Shown here piece after piece: positions 1 through 8,806 of a stretch of 64,000 nucleotides of DNA. The position numbers and the translations under genes were made by a program. This DNA comes from an uncultured Nitrospiraceae bacterium (lineage in GTDB: Bacteria; Nitrospirota; Thermodesulfovibrionia; Thermodesulfovibrionales; Dissulfurispiraceae): the NCBI GenBank assembly GCA_963705105.1, contig CAVPIW010000014.1, positions 96,001 to 160,000 of the forward strand, written 5' to 3'. The notes beneath the pieces were generated by a model. The model did not search any database and was not told where the DNA came from. It saw nothing but the letters and a program-made list of their open reading frames with translations. Position 1 is the first letter of the stretch. Each line of letters starts with the position of its first letter.

Positions 1-849
1 GCCTCTTCGCTTGAGCGCGAAGTCGAGAGCAATGGCATATCCGGCAGGGCCTTGTCCCTTTTCCGGAAAACCATTGTCGATCATTACAAATCCATGGGCA
101 GGCCGATGCCCTGGAGGGAGACCCGCGATCCATACTACATCCTCGTCTCCGAGATCATGCTCCAGCAGACCGGAGTCGAGCGCGTCCTGAAAAAATATCA
201 ACAGTTCATCGAAGCCTTCCCCGATGTCCGCGAACTCAGAAGGGCATCTCTTCATGACGTCCTCAGGCTTTGGCAGGGCATGGGATATAACCGCCGGGCC
301 ATCGCCCTCAAGAGTGCCGCGGAAATCATCGTCATGGAGCACGACGGCCATGTCCCGTCATCTCGGGTAGAGCTCGAAAGGCTCCCGGGCATCGGGAAGG
401 CCACCGCTTCGGCTATCCTGGTCTATGCCTTCGGGCATCGCGAAGTGTTCATCGAGACGAACATCCGCAGGGTCTTCATCCACTTTTTCTTCAGCGACAG
501 GGATAACGTGCGGGACAGGGAGATTCGTCCTCTCGTGGAAAGCACCCTCGATGCCGCCAATCCCCGGGAGTGGTACTATGCGCTCATGGATTACGGGACC
601 ATGATCAGGAAGACCATAGCCGACCCGAACAGGAGGAGTGCCCATTATCGGCGTCAGTCGCCTTTTGCGGGGTCGGAGCGGCAGGTGAGGGGCCTGATCC
701 TCAGGGCTATGGTCGCGCAACAGGGGATGACAGCCCATGAACTGTTACGGACTCTGGACCTCCCGGATGAACAGGTGAGCAGGAACCTCATGAAACTGGC
801 CGAGGAGGGGTTCATCAGGGAAGAGGGGGAGAAATATGTTATCGCGTGA
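1..849 (+). CDS. mutY: Short MutY-like HhH-GPD DNA glycosylase; frame open from position 1, so start probably upstream of the window
   Basis: PWRETRDPYYILVSEIMLQQT, WQGMGYNRRA and LPGIGKATA motifs; no 4Fe-4S Cys motif; C-terminus looks helix-turn-helix-like. Confidence 0.8.
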   Translation, partial: ASSLEREVESNGISGRALSLFRKTIVDHYKSMGRPMPWRETRDPYYILVSEIMLQQTGVERVLKKYQQFIEAFPDVRELRRASLHDVLRLWQGMGYNRRAIALKSAAEIIVMEHDGHVPSSRVELERLPGIGKATASAILVYAFGHREVFIETNIRRVFIHFFFSDRDNVRDREIRPLVESTLDAANPREWYYALMDYGTMIRKTIADPNRRSAHYRRQSPFAGSERQVRGLILRAMVAQQGMTAHELLRTLDLPDEQVSRNLMKLAEEGFIREEGEKYVIA

Positions 850-861
850 AGGGAGTGATTC

Positions 862-1350
862 ATGGCTGAGAAAATGACCATACCGGAGAGGACGAGCAGG
901 GGGACCGTATCGGTCCCGGAGCGGCTGCGGTTCCTGAACGAGACGGAGCACCATGCAGTACTCGCGACGGAGTCAGGCGGGCAACCCCTGACGTCCCTCG
1001 TCGCCTATGCCCTCACCGATGACCTGAAGGGCGCCCTTTTCGTCACCCCGAAAAAGACCCGCAAGTACACGAACATCCTCGCAAACGGCAGGGTGGCGCT
1101 CCTCATCGATACGAGGACGAATACCGACAGGGCCTACCTCGAAGCCGAGGCGGTCACCATGATCGGCATGGCCCGTTCTGTCCGGAAGGGGAAGCGCCGG
1201 GACATGCTCATCGCGACATTTTTGCGGAAACATCCGCGCCTTGCCGAATTCGCGAATTCACCATCAACTGCCATCATTCTCATCGAAGCCCGCCGCTACA
1301 TCCATGTCGGCCGTTTCCAGAGCGTGTCTGAGTGGATAATAGACAATTGA
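862..1350 (+). CDS. Pyridoxamine 5'-phosphate oxidase-like (split-barrel flavin-binding) protein
   Basis: AVLAT...P.TSLVAY and TRKYTNILANGRVALLID; RBS GGGAG. Confidence 0.75.
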   Translation: MAEKMTIPERTSRGTVSVPERLRFLNETEHHAVLATESGGQPLTSLVAYALTDDLKGALFVTPKKTRKYTNILANGRVALLIDTRTNTDRAYLEAEAVTMIGMARSVRKGKRRDMLIATFLRKHPRLAEFANSPSTAIILIEARRYIHVGRFQSVSEWIIDN

Positions 1351-1884
1351 CCCTTCATCAGCATGAAAAGGCGGGGCGAAGCGCCATGAAACAGTAGACA
1401 ACAGACAGGAACCGGACGAAAAACGCACCGACGGGAAGGCTGATGTGGTGAAAAGCCTTTCCGCTAAGATACCTTGTTCGTCCCCTGACCACCCTTTGCC
1501 GTGTCTGTTGATATCAAAAGCCAGTCATGCAACAGGCGTTGAACACCCTGATATGCACACCCATACGCCCGACCGAATGGCGGGGTGAAGCGCCGAAAAG
1601 CATCGGTGCTGCGAAACCGCTGCCGTCCCGCTGAGTGTATGTAAGCAAAACTGTTGATGATACAGAGGATGAAATCTTCAACAACCAATAATAAATAATC
1701 ATGCTCGCTATCAGCGAGGCGTTGAGGCGCTTTGCCCCGCCTTTCGGCGCATCTGCCAAAATGGTCCTCATCATCGCATTGGAAAGGCTTTGACCCATAT
1801 CTGCATTCCCGGAGGCAGCGTCGCTATCAGCAAGGTATTGAGTTGTCTTGCCCGCTATTCCGGAGGGCTTATGCAACGATGAGG
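1351..1884. mobile_element. Degenerate MITE copy (L3 arm, element A, R1-like arm) with a second MITE (about 1555-1760, L2-R1) nested inside element A
   Basis: AAAAGGCGGGGCGAAGCGCC at the left; ATGCAACGATGAGG right end; element A (1433-1810) interrupted by about 200 bp with its own GGCGGGG/CCCCGCC arms. Confidence 0.8.
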
Positions 1885-1909
1885 TTAGGGTACACGTTGA
1901 AGCGTTGCG

Positions 1910-2827
1910 TCAGAAGGGGACAAAGAGCCGATGCTTTCTGACGAACTCTCTGAAGGTCCGGGCCGCCGCGGATAAGTCCTCATCCCTCGGGCTGACGAGG
2001 TAAATCTTTCTTTTCATCTTCCTGCCTGCGACATCCAGTATGTTGATGGATCCTTCCTTGACGGCCCTGAAGACCGACCATTTCGAAACACAGGAGATGC
2101 CCGTTCCTGCCTGCACCATCTGGACGATTAAATCGGGGCTTCCGAGCACCATGGCGACTGTTATGTCGCGGGCGTCGATTTTCATTGAGTGGAACAGCTT
2201 CTCTATATACTCTCTTGTGCCCGAGCCGGCTTCGGGCATAATGAAGGGCTGTGACAGCAACTGTGCCGGCAAGATGCCTTTTTTTTTCGCCAGCGCGTTG
2301 TCCTCAGAGGATATGATGACAATCTCATCTTCCGAAATTTCGTCGAAGACCAGTCGCGCACTCCTGCCCGCGTCCTCGACGGGTCCCTCGCATATGCCCA
2401 CCTCGATGTCCCCGCCGGTAATCTGCCGAATGATCGCATCCGTATTAGACACGGATAGTTCAATCGCCACATCAGGGTAATCTCTCGAAAAGCCATAGAG
2501 AATCTGGGGAAGGAGAAAGGAGGCGGCCGTCATGCTCGCGCTCGCGCGGAGAGTTCCCCTGAGCCGTTTGAGCAGGCCGTTGAGATCGTCCTCCATTGCG
2601 GCGTATCGGGCGAGAAGGTCCCTTGCGTGCCCGTAGAGAGCCGTTCCCGCGGGAGTCGGCCTGACGGTCTTGCCGGAACGAATGAAGAGCTTGGCGCCGA
2701 TCTCCTCTTCAAGCTTCCTGATGAGGTGGCTCATGGCGGACTGGGTCATAAACTTCTCCTCCGCAGCACGGGAAAAGCTCCCGTGTTCCACAACGAGACA
2801 GAATGCCCGCAGCCGGTGGTCTTCCAT
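1910..2827 (-). CDS. LysR-family transcriptional regulator (CysL/YeiE-like)
   Basis: GSFSRAAEEKFMTQSAMSHLIRKLEEEIG HTH; 305 aa; divergent from the tup genes. Confidence 0.9.
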   Translation of the reverse strand: MEDHRLRAFCLVVEHGSFSRAAEEKFMTQSAMSHLIRKLEEEIGAKLFIRSGKTVRPTPAGTALYGHARDLLARYAAMEDDLNGLLKRLRGTLRASASMTAASFLLPQILYGFSRDYPDVAIELSVSNTDAIIRQITGGDIEVGICEGPVEDAGRSARLVFDEISEDEIVIISSEDNALAKKKGILPAQLLSQPFIMPEAGSGTREYIEKLFHSMKIDARDITVAMVLGSPDLIVQMVQAGTGISCVSKWSVFRAVKEGSINILDVAGRKMKRKIYLVSPRDEDLSAAARTFREFVRKHRLFVPF

Positions 2828-2903
2828 TGTTCAGGCCCCTTTACACCCTCCCTCATTGTAAGGTTCATCTCCAGGCCTGTCAACAGTGCATTCAATGAGA
2901 AGA

Positions 2904-2927
2904 ATTCATGGTGAGCATGAATATAAT
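2904..2927 (+). promoter_or_regulatory. Palindromic operator ATTCATG-N5-CATGAAT overlapping a TATAAT -10 box upstream of tupA1
   Basis: Palindrome 2904-2922 and TATAAT 2922-2927 in the lysR/tup divergent region. Confidence 0.5.
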
Positions 2928-3053
2928 CCATTTGCTTTGTTCCGGGGCTGCATCATAATCTTGAAACATCGCCGTCTGATCGGCGGAGACCGGCTTCTGG
3001 CGATTCTCCGCGAATGCGGCGCCGCTGACATACATGCCACGGAGGGAATAATC

Positions 3054-3833
3054 ATGGCGGATCAAAAAACAAAACTAATCATTGCATCGACAACGAGCAC
3101 GCAAAACTCGGGGCTTTTCGACATCCTGCTTCCGGAGTACGGGAAATCGACGCGATACGGGATCGCCGTGGAAGTGGTAGCGGTCGGAACGGGGAAGGCG
3201 ATCAGGATGGCGAAGAAGGGCCTGGCGGACGTGCTCTTCGTCCATGATCCCTTCCGGGAGGAGAAGTTTGTCTCCGAAGGGTACGGGGTGAACAGGCGGG
3301 AGGTTATGCACAACGAATTCGTCATCATCGGCCCTGAAGACGATCCTGCCTCCGTCGGCGCTGCAAAATCGGCAGTCGAGGCCTTTGAGGATATCGCCGA
3401 CAAAGGAGCGTCATTTGTCTCCCGCAGTGACGACTCGGGGACGAACATACGGGAACTGGACATATGGGACGATACGGGCATCAATCCGAGGGGCAAGGGC
3501 TGGTATTTCGAGGCCGGCGCGAAGATGGGAGACACGCTGCTCATAGCGAACAACAAGCCGGCATACACACTGACAGACATGGGGACCTATCTGAACTACC
3601 AGGACAAGCTGGAGTTGCGGATCCTCTTCCGGGGCGATCCGATCCTCCGGAACCGGTACAGTGTCATAGCCGTCAGCCCCGAGAAATTCCCCGGTATAAG
3701 GTACCGCGAGGCGATGGATTTCATCGCCTTTGTGACGTCCCCGGAAGGCCAGAGGATCATAGGACAATACGCCAAAAACGGCGTGAACCTCTTTTATCCC
3801 GATGCCGTGCCATCGGTAATGAACACACAATAA
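3054..3833 (+). CDS. tupA: TupA-like tungstate-binding protein, copy 1, with no evident signal peptide
   Basis: ASTTSTQNSG, FVSRSDDSGT and YTLTDMGT motifs; RBS GGAGG before ATG 3054. Confidence 0.8.
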   Translation: MADQKTKLIIASTTSTQNSGLFDILLPEYGKSTRYGIAVEVVAVGTGKAIRMAKKGLADVLFVHDPFREEKFVSEGYGVNRREVMHNEFVIIGPEDDPASVGAAKSAVEAFEDIADKGASFVSRSDDSGTNIRELDIWDDTGINPRGKGWYFEAGAKMGDTLLIANNKPAYTLTDMGTYLNYQDKLELRILFRGDPILRNRYSVIAVSPEKFPGIRYREAMDFIAFVTSPEGQRIIGQYAKNGVNLFYPDAVPSVMNTQ

Positions 3834-3846
3834 AAAGGAACCATCA

Positions 3847-4671
3847 ATGAACAGAATCGTTATCATTATCGTTCTCGCATCCGTCATCTTCTGTTATGCT
3901 CCGGCCACATATGGCGCGCCGGCGGCGGAAATTATTCTCGCATCGACGACGAGCACGGAGAACTCGGGATTGTTCGGTCACATCCTGCCCCTCTTCGAGA
4001 AGAAGACGGGGATTAAGGTAAAGGTCGTGGCCCGGGGAACGGGCGCGTCGATCGAGATGGGCAAACGTGGTGACGCCGACGCAGTGTTCGTGCACGCAAA
4101 AGAACTTGAAATGAAGGCCGTCGAAGAGGGATTTTTCCTCAGCCGCCATGATGTGATGTACAACGATTTCGTCATCATCGCCCCGCCCGATGACCCGTCC
4201 AAAGTGAAGGGCCTGAAAAGCGCGGCGGAGGGCTTCAAGAGGATATCGGCAGGAACGGCGCCCTTCGTCTCGCGAGGGGACAAGTCAGGGACCCATACGA
4301 AGGAACTGGAGCTCTGGAAAAAGGCCGGCGTTGATCCGAAGGGAAATCCCTGGTACCTGGAAGTCGGTCAGGGCATGGAGAAGGCCCAGCGAATCGCGAA
4401 CGAGAAACGCGCCTACTGTCTCACTGACCGCGGCACATGGCTCGCGACGAAGGACAAGGACAAGCTGGAGATGATCATCGTCCTGGAGGGTGACCCCGTT
4501 CTCTTTAACCAGTACGGCGTGATGGCGGTGAATCCGGAGAAGCACAAACATGTGAAGTATAAAGAGGCGAAGGAGTTCGTGAACTGGATCATCTCGAAGG
4601 AGGGCCAGCAGGCCATAGCGTCCTTCAAGGACAAACTCGGCAACCAGCTCTTCTATCCAAATGCAAAATAG
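3847..4671 (+). CDS. tupA: Tungstate ABC transporter substrate-binding protein, copy 2, with signal peptide
   Basis: Hydrophobic N-terminus; ASTTSTENSG, FVSRGDKSGTH, LTDRGT. Confidence 0.9.
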   Translation: MNRIVIIIVLASVIFCYAPATYGAPAAEIILASTTSTENSGLFGHILPLFEKKTGIKVKVVARGTGASIEMGKRGDADAVFVHAKELEMKAVEEGFFLSRHDVMYNDFVIIAPPDDPSKVKGLKSAAEGFKRISAGTAPFVSRGDKSGTHTKELELWKKAGVDPKGNPWYLEVGQGMEKAQRIANEKRAYCLTDRGTWLATKDKDKLEMIIVLEGDPVLFNQYGVMAVNPEKHKHVKYKEAKEFVNWIISKEGQQAIASFKDKLGNQLFYPNAK

Positions 4672-4672
4672 A

Positions 4673-4936
4673 CCTTATCGTTGCATACGCCCTCCGGGAA
4701 GGCGGGGCAAAGGCGCCGAAAAGCCTCGGTGCTGCGAAACCTTTGCCTTCCCATGAAGACAGTGTCAGGCAGACGGTCGATGACACAAAGGATGGAATGG
4801 AATCGTGTAGGGGCCGTTCCCCGAACGGCCCGACATCAATAAAGCGGTCTGCTCGGGGAGCAGACCCTACAATGATCAATGTCGCGATCAGCGAGGCCTT
4901 GAGGCGCTTTGTCCCGCCTTTCCTGCAACTACGGGA
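4673..4936 (+). mobile_element. MITE copy (L2-R1) containing a REP doublet; TSD TAGA
   Basis: CCTTATCGTTGCA...TGCAACTACGGGA flanked by TAGA at 4669-4672 and 4937-4940. Confidence 0.9.
4807..4870. repeat. Inverted GTAG-type REP doublet (REPIN-like)
   Basis: GTAGGGGCCGTTCCCCGAACGGCCC facing GGTCTGCTCGGGGAGCAGACCCTAC. Confidence 0.8.
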
Positions 4937-5002
4937 TAGATTTATTTTTTTCCACGCGAAGTCGCAAAGAGCGCAAAGAAAGAACACAAAGGTGTCAGTG
5001 AC

Positions 5003-5710
5003 GTGAGCTCGATTTTCGAAGGCATCGGCAGGGCAGCCTCGCTCATCGTCAATCTGGACGATGAGTTGATGCAGATCATCCTCCTGTCCTTGCGCGTATC
5101 CGGCTCTGCACTTGTGATCGCAACGGTCCTGGCGATTCCGACGGCGGGACTTCTCGGGTTGAAAAGATTCCGGGGCCGTGGGGCGCTCATCAGTATATTG
5201 AACACGTTTATGGGGCTCCCTCCGGTCGTGGTGGGGCTTTTCGTCTATCTCCTGTTGTCCCGGAGCGGCCCTCTCGGTTTTCTGGCGCTGCTCTACAGCC
5301 CCACGGCCATGATCATCGCCCAGATCATCCTCTCTTTCCCCATCGTGGCGTCGCTCTGCCATACCGCCATCGTCAGTGTCGATCCCATCGTGAAACAGGC
5401 ATCGATGGCGCTTGGGGCGACGCCGTTTCAGGTCTCTCTGACCGTGATCAACGAGGCCCGCTACGGGATTATGTCGGCGGTCATCGCAGGATTCGGCAGG
5501 GTGACCGCCGAGGTAGGCGCCGTACTCATGGTCGGCGGCAACATCGCTGGTTTCACGAGGGTCATGACGACGACTATAGCGCTTGAGACCGACAAGGGCA
5601 ACTTCGAGCTCGCCCTCGCGCTCGGCATAATCCTTCTTACCCTCTCTCTGGCGATCAACCTCGTCCTGCGTTTCATACAGAAAAAGGGAACCCTGAGGGC
5701 TGAAGCATGA
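5003..5710 (+). CDS. tupB: Tungstate ABC transporter permease
   Basis: NTFMGLPPVVVGL, GPLG, EVGAVLMVGGNIAGFTRVMTT. Confidence 0.9.
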   Translation: MSSIFEGIGRAASLIVNLDDELMQIILLSLRVSGSALVIATVLAIPTAGLLGLKRFRGRGALISILNTFMGLPPVVVGLFVYLLLSRSGPLGFLALLYSPTAMIIAQIILSFPIVASLCHTAIVSVDPIVKQASMALGATPFQVSLTVINEARYGIMSAVIAGFGRVTAEVGAVLMVGGNIAGFTRVMTTTIALETDKGNFELALALGIILLTLSLAINLVLRFIQKKGTLRAEA

Positions 5711-6357
5711 ACCTCCGGCTGGAAGCTGAAGGGCTTTGCAAGAGCTACAACGGAAAACCCGTGCTTGCCGACTGCTCCTTTGTCCTCCGGGAAGGAAGGA
5801 CATACGCTTTGATGGGGCCGAACGGGTGCGGCAAGTCGACGCTCTTCCGCATCTGCGCCCTCATCGAGGAGCCGGACAGTGGCCGTGTGCGATATCTTTC
5901 AGGGGACGAGACTCTGGGTCACGACATGTCCCTGAGAAGAAAGATAACGCTTGTGCTCCCCAAAATCGGCGTCTTCAACACATCGGTCTGCAAGAACGTA
6001 GCATACGGTCTCAGGGTCCGCGGTGTCACGAGGGGAGAGACGGCCGGGCGTGTGCAAAAGGCCCTCGAGTTTGTGCGGCTCACCCACAAGAAGGACCAGA
6101 ACGCACTGACCCTTTCGAGCGGTGAGACCCAGCGGCTCGGCATTGCCAGGGCGATCGCGTTCGAACCTTCGGTGCTCTTCCTCGACGAACCGACAGCCTT
6201 CGTCGACGAAAAAAGCAAGGTGCTGATCGAAGAGATCATTCATGGAATCAGGAGGGCCGGCAACGCCCTGGTGGTCATCACCACCCATAACAGGGACCAG
6301 GCGGAGCGGCTCTCGGACTCGGTCCTGATGATGGCCGGCGGCAGGGTCCTCGCCTGA
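5707..6357 (+). CDS. tupC: Tungstate ABC transporter ATPase
   Basis: Walker A GPNGCGKST, LSSGE signature, LFLDEPT. Confidence 0.85.
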   Translation: MNLRLEAEGLCKSYNGKPVLADCSFVLREGRTYALMGPNGCGKSTLFRICALIEEPDSGRVRYLSGDETLGHDMSLRRKITLVLPKIGVFNTSVCKNVAYGLRVRGVTRGETAGRVQKALEFVRLTHKKDQNALTLSSGETQRLGIARAIAFEPSVLFLDEPTAFVDEKSKVLIEEIIHGIRRAGNALVVITTHNRDQAERLSDSVLMMAGGRVLA

Positions 6358-6542
6358 GCCGTCCGCCGCCGCAGGCACGGGAACCATCCCGGACTTGAAA
6401 TGTTTCCACAATCCATGTATATTGATAAGTCGGCAAACCGGAGGCGGGTGCCGCCCTGTCATGTCTCTGACCGCCGTTGAACAGGCTGTGCAAAGCCGGT
6501 TTCCGGAGGTCCGCGACGGGATCATACACGGAGGTTCATGAA

Positions 6543-6962
6543 ATGAAAAGGTTTGTCATTCTTCTGATAGCAGGGGTGCTTGTTCTCTCCTTCATCACCA
6601 TAGAGGAGATGTCGGCGACAGACGGGCGGTGGAAACTGATCGACAGCTCGAAAATGGGAAAACAGTTTTACGATACCGAGAGCATCATGTATACGTCCCC
6701 GAGCATGGTCAAGGTGTGGATCAGGGTGGAAGTGACGGAGGGATTCTGGGAGATGATGGGCGTGCGGTCCGACAGGGCGCTCTGGGAGATTGACTGCCAG
6801 AACAGGCTGTACAGGACGCTTCAGCGTGATTCCGTCAAAAAGGACGGGACGTCGGCAGTCACGAAAGAGCCTTCCGTCTGGGAGGACATCCCGCCGGAGT
6901 CGAACCCCGAATTTCTCATGGATACGCTCTGCAAGCAGTCTCCGAAGAAGAAAGCACGTTAG
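6543..6962 (+). CDS. Exported hypothetical protein (surface-adhesin-E-like)
   Basis: Signal peptide; FYDTESI, VKVW, EIDC and W..IPPES patterns; RBS GGAGG. Confidence 0.6.
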   Translation: MKRFVILLIAGVLVLSFITIEEMSATDGRWKLIDSSKMGKQFYDTESIMYTSPSMVKVWIRVEVTEGFWEMMGVRSDRALWEIDCQNRLYRTLQRDSVKKDGTSAVTKEPSVWEDIPPESNPEFLMDTLCKQSPKKKAR

Positions 6963-7107
6963 TCTTGCCGTAAATAATCAAGAAAATGTCCCAGCCCCTA
7001 TACAGTGGGGTGTCTTTTCATATATACTAATCAGTAAGCTTTTGAAGCTTTGCGTCTCCGGGGTCATGAAAAAGCTCTGGGGATTTTTTTTTAGGAGGGT
7101 ACGGACA

Positions 7108-7452
7108 ATGGGAACAAAGATTTACGTGGGCAACATCTCATTCAACGCCTCAGAGGATGATCTCAAAGATCTCTTCTCCCAGTACGGAGATGTTGAATCG
7201 GCGAGAATCATCACCGATGCGCAGACAGGAAGAAACAGGGGGTTTGGATTCGTCGAGATGTCATCGAAGGAAGACGCCCAGAAAGCCATTACAGCACTCA
7301 ATGGATCGGTCTTCATGGAACGGACCCTGACCGTCTCTGAAGCGCGGCCGCAGCAACCCCGGGAAGGAAGGGGCGGTTTTGGCGGCAGGCGCAGTGGTGG
7401 CGGAGGCGGAGGCGGGTTCGGCAGAGGGAGGTCGGAGAGAGGAAGGAGGTAG
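7108..7452 (+). CDS. RRM (RNP-1) RNA-binding protein with Gly/Arg-rich tail
   Basis: KIYVGNI (RNP2) and RGFGFVEM (RNP1); RBS AGGAGG. Confidence 0.92.
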   Translation: MGTKIYVGNISFNASEDDLKDLFSQYGDVESARIITDAQTGRNRGFGFVEMSSKEDAQKAITALNGSVFMERTLTVSEARPQQPREGRGGFGGRRSGGGGGGGFGRGRSERGRR

Positions 7453-7458
7453 CCATCA

Positions 7459-7650
7459 TTGGAGGTCAAAGTTCAGGGCAATGACGTTGAGAGAGCCCTT
7501 AAATCACTGAAGAACAGGCTTCAGAAGGAAGGGCTCTTCAAGGAGATCAAGAAAAAGAAGTACTATGAGAAGCCTTCTGTCAAGAAGAAACGGAAGAAGG
7601 TTGAAGCGCGCAGAAAGAGGATGAAAGCCCTCCGCTCGAGACCGAGGTAG
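7459..7650 (+). CDS. rpsU: 30S ribosomal protein S21
   Basis: ERALKSLK...EIKKKKYYEKPSVKKKRK; RBS AGGAGG; TTG start. Confidence 0.9.
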   Translation: MEVKVQGNDVERALKSLKNRLQKEGLFKEIKKKKYYEKPSVKKKRKKVEARRKRMKALRSRPR

Positions 7651-7764
7651 CTCGGGGTTCCCCTCTTCGCTCTCTCTGAGACACTGACTCCCGTTTGCCG
7701 GCGGCGACTTTTTCGGTTATAGTTGTAATCACGAAAGTACGACTATAAAAGGAGGCGGCCGGTC

Positions 7765-8793
7765 ATGAAAGCAATGGTCTTGGAGAGGCTCCACGATCTC
7801 ACAAGGGAGCGGAATCCGCTGCGACTGGCGGATCTCCCCGTTCCCGAGCCTGCAAAGGGTGAAATTCTTGTAAAAGTGACGGCTTGCGGCGTCTGCCACA
7901 CCGAAATCGACGAGATCGAGGGGAGGACGCCGCCATCGCTGTTTCCCATCGTTCCGGGACACCAGATCGTCGGGACCGTCGAACGTCCCGGGATGCACTC
8001 CGAAAAGTTCAGCATCGGCGACAGGGTAGGCATCGGATGGATCAGTTCGTCCTGCGGCGCCTGTTCTTTCTGCCATGGCGGCGACGAGAACCTCTGCGAG
8101 CATTTCCGGGCCACCGGCAGGGACAGACACGGCGGGTACTGCCAGTACACCACTGTCGACGAAACATTTGCATTCCCGATCCCCCGTGAATTGTCCGACA
8201 GTGAGGCGGCCCCGCTTCTCTGCGCCGGTGCGATCGGTTATCGCTCCCTCAGGCTGTCGGGGCTCCGCGACGGTCTGATCCTCGGCCTCATCGGCTTCGG
8301 CGCCTCTGCTCACATCGTCCTGCACATCGTCAGATATCTCTATCCCAAAGCCTCCGTCTTCGTCTTCGCCCGGTCACCCGGTGAGCGCGCATTCGCCGGG
8401 GAACTCGGCGCATCCTGGACGGGCGACTTTGGGGAAGACCCGCCGGCGAAAATCCACTGTGCCATCGATACGACGCCGGTGTGGATGCCCGTTGTCGAAG
8501 GACTGAAGCACCTGGAAAGGGGAGGCAGGCTCGTCATCAACGCGATCAGAAAGGAAGAGACGGACAAAAAAGCCCTCCTGGACTTGGATTATGCACGGCA
8601 CCTCTGGATGGAGAAGGAGATCAAGAGCGTCGCGAACGTCGCCAGGAGGGATATCGGCGAATTCCTGGATCTTGCGGCAAAGGCCGGGATCAGGCCGGAA
8701 GTGCAGGAGTTCCCCCTCGAAGACGCGAACAGGGCGCTCCTGGAGCTGAAGGAACGCAGGATCAGGGGCGCAAAGGTGCTCAGGATCGAGTGA
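7765..8793 (+). CDS. Zinc-dependent alcohol dehydrogenase family protein
   Basis: CGVCHTE, PGHQIVG, CGACSFC...NLC, GFGASAH. Confidence 0.9.
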   Translation: MKAMVLERLHDLTRERNPLRLADLPVPEPAKGEILVKVTACGVCHTEIDEIEGRTPPSLFPIVPGHQIVGTVERPGMHSEKFSIGDRVGIGWISSSCGACSFCHGGDENLCEHFRATGRDRHGGYCQYTTVDETFAFPIPRELSDSEAAPLLCAGAIGYRSLRLSGLRDGLILGLIGFGASAHIVLHIVRYLYPKASVFVFARSPGERAFAGELGASWTGDFGEDPPAKIHCAIDTTPVWMPVVEGLKHLERGGRLVINAIRKEETDKKALLDLDYARHLWMEKEIKSVANVARRDIGEFLDLAAKAGIRPEVQEFPLEDANRALLELKERRIRGAKVLRIE

Positions 8794-8806
8794 GAAAGGA
8801 GGGCTC

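Noticed and set aside
6430..6520. Possible c-di-GMP-I riboswitch (GGCAAACC ... GCAAAGCC)
   Set aside because: Spacing between the motifs is too long and there is no GNRA-capped P2 stem; a covariance search would be needed
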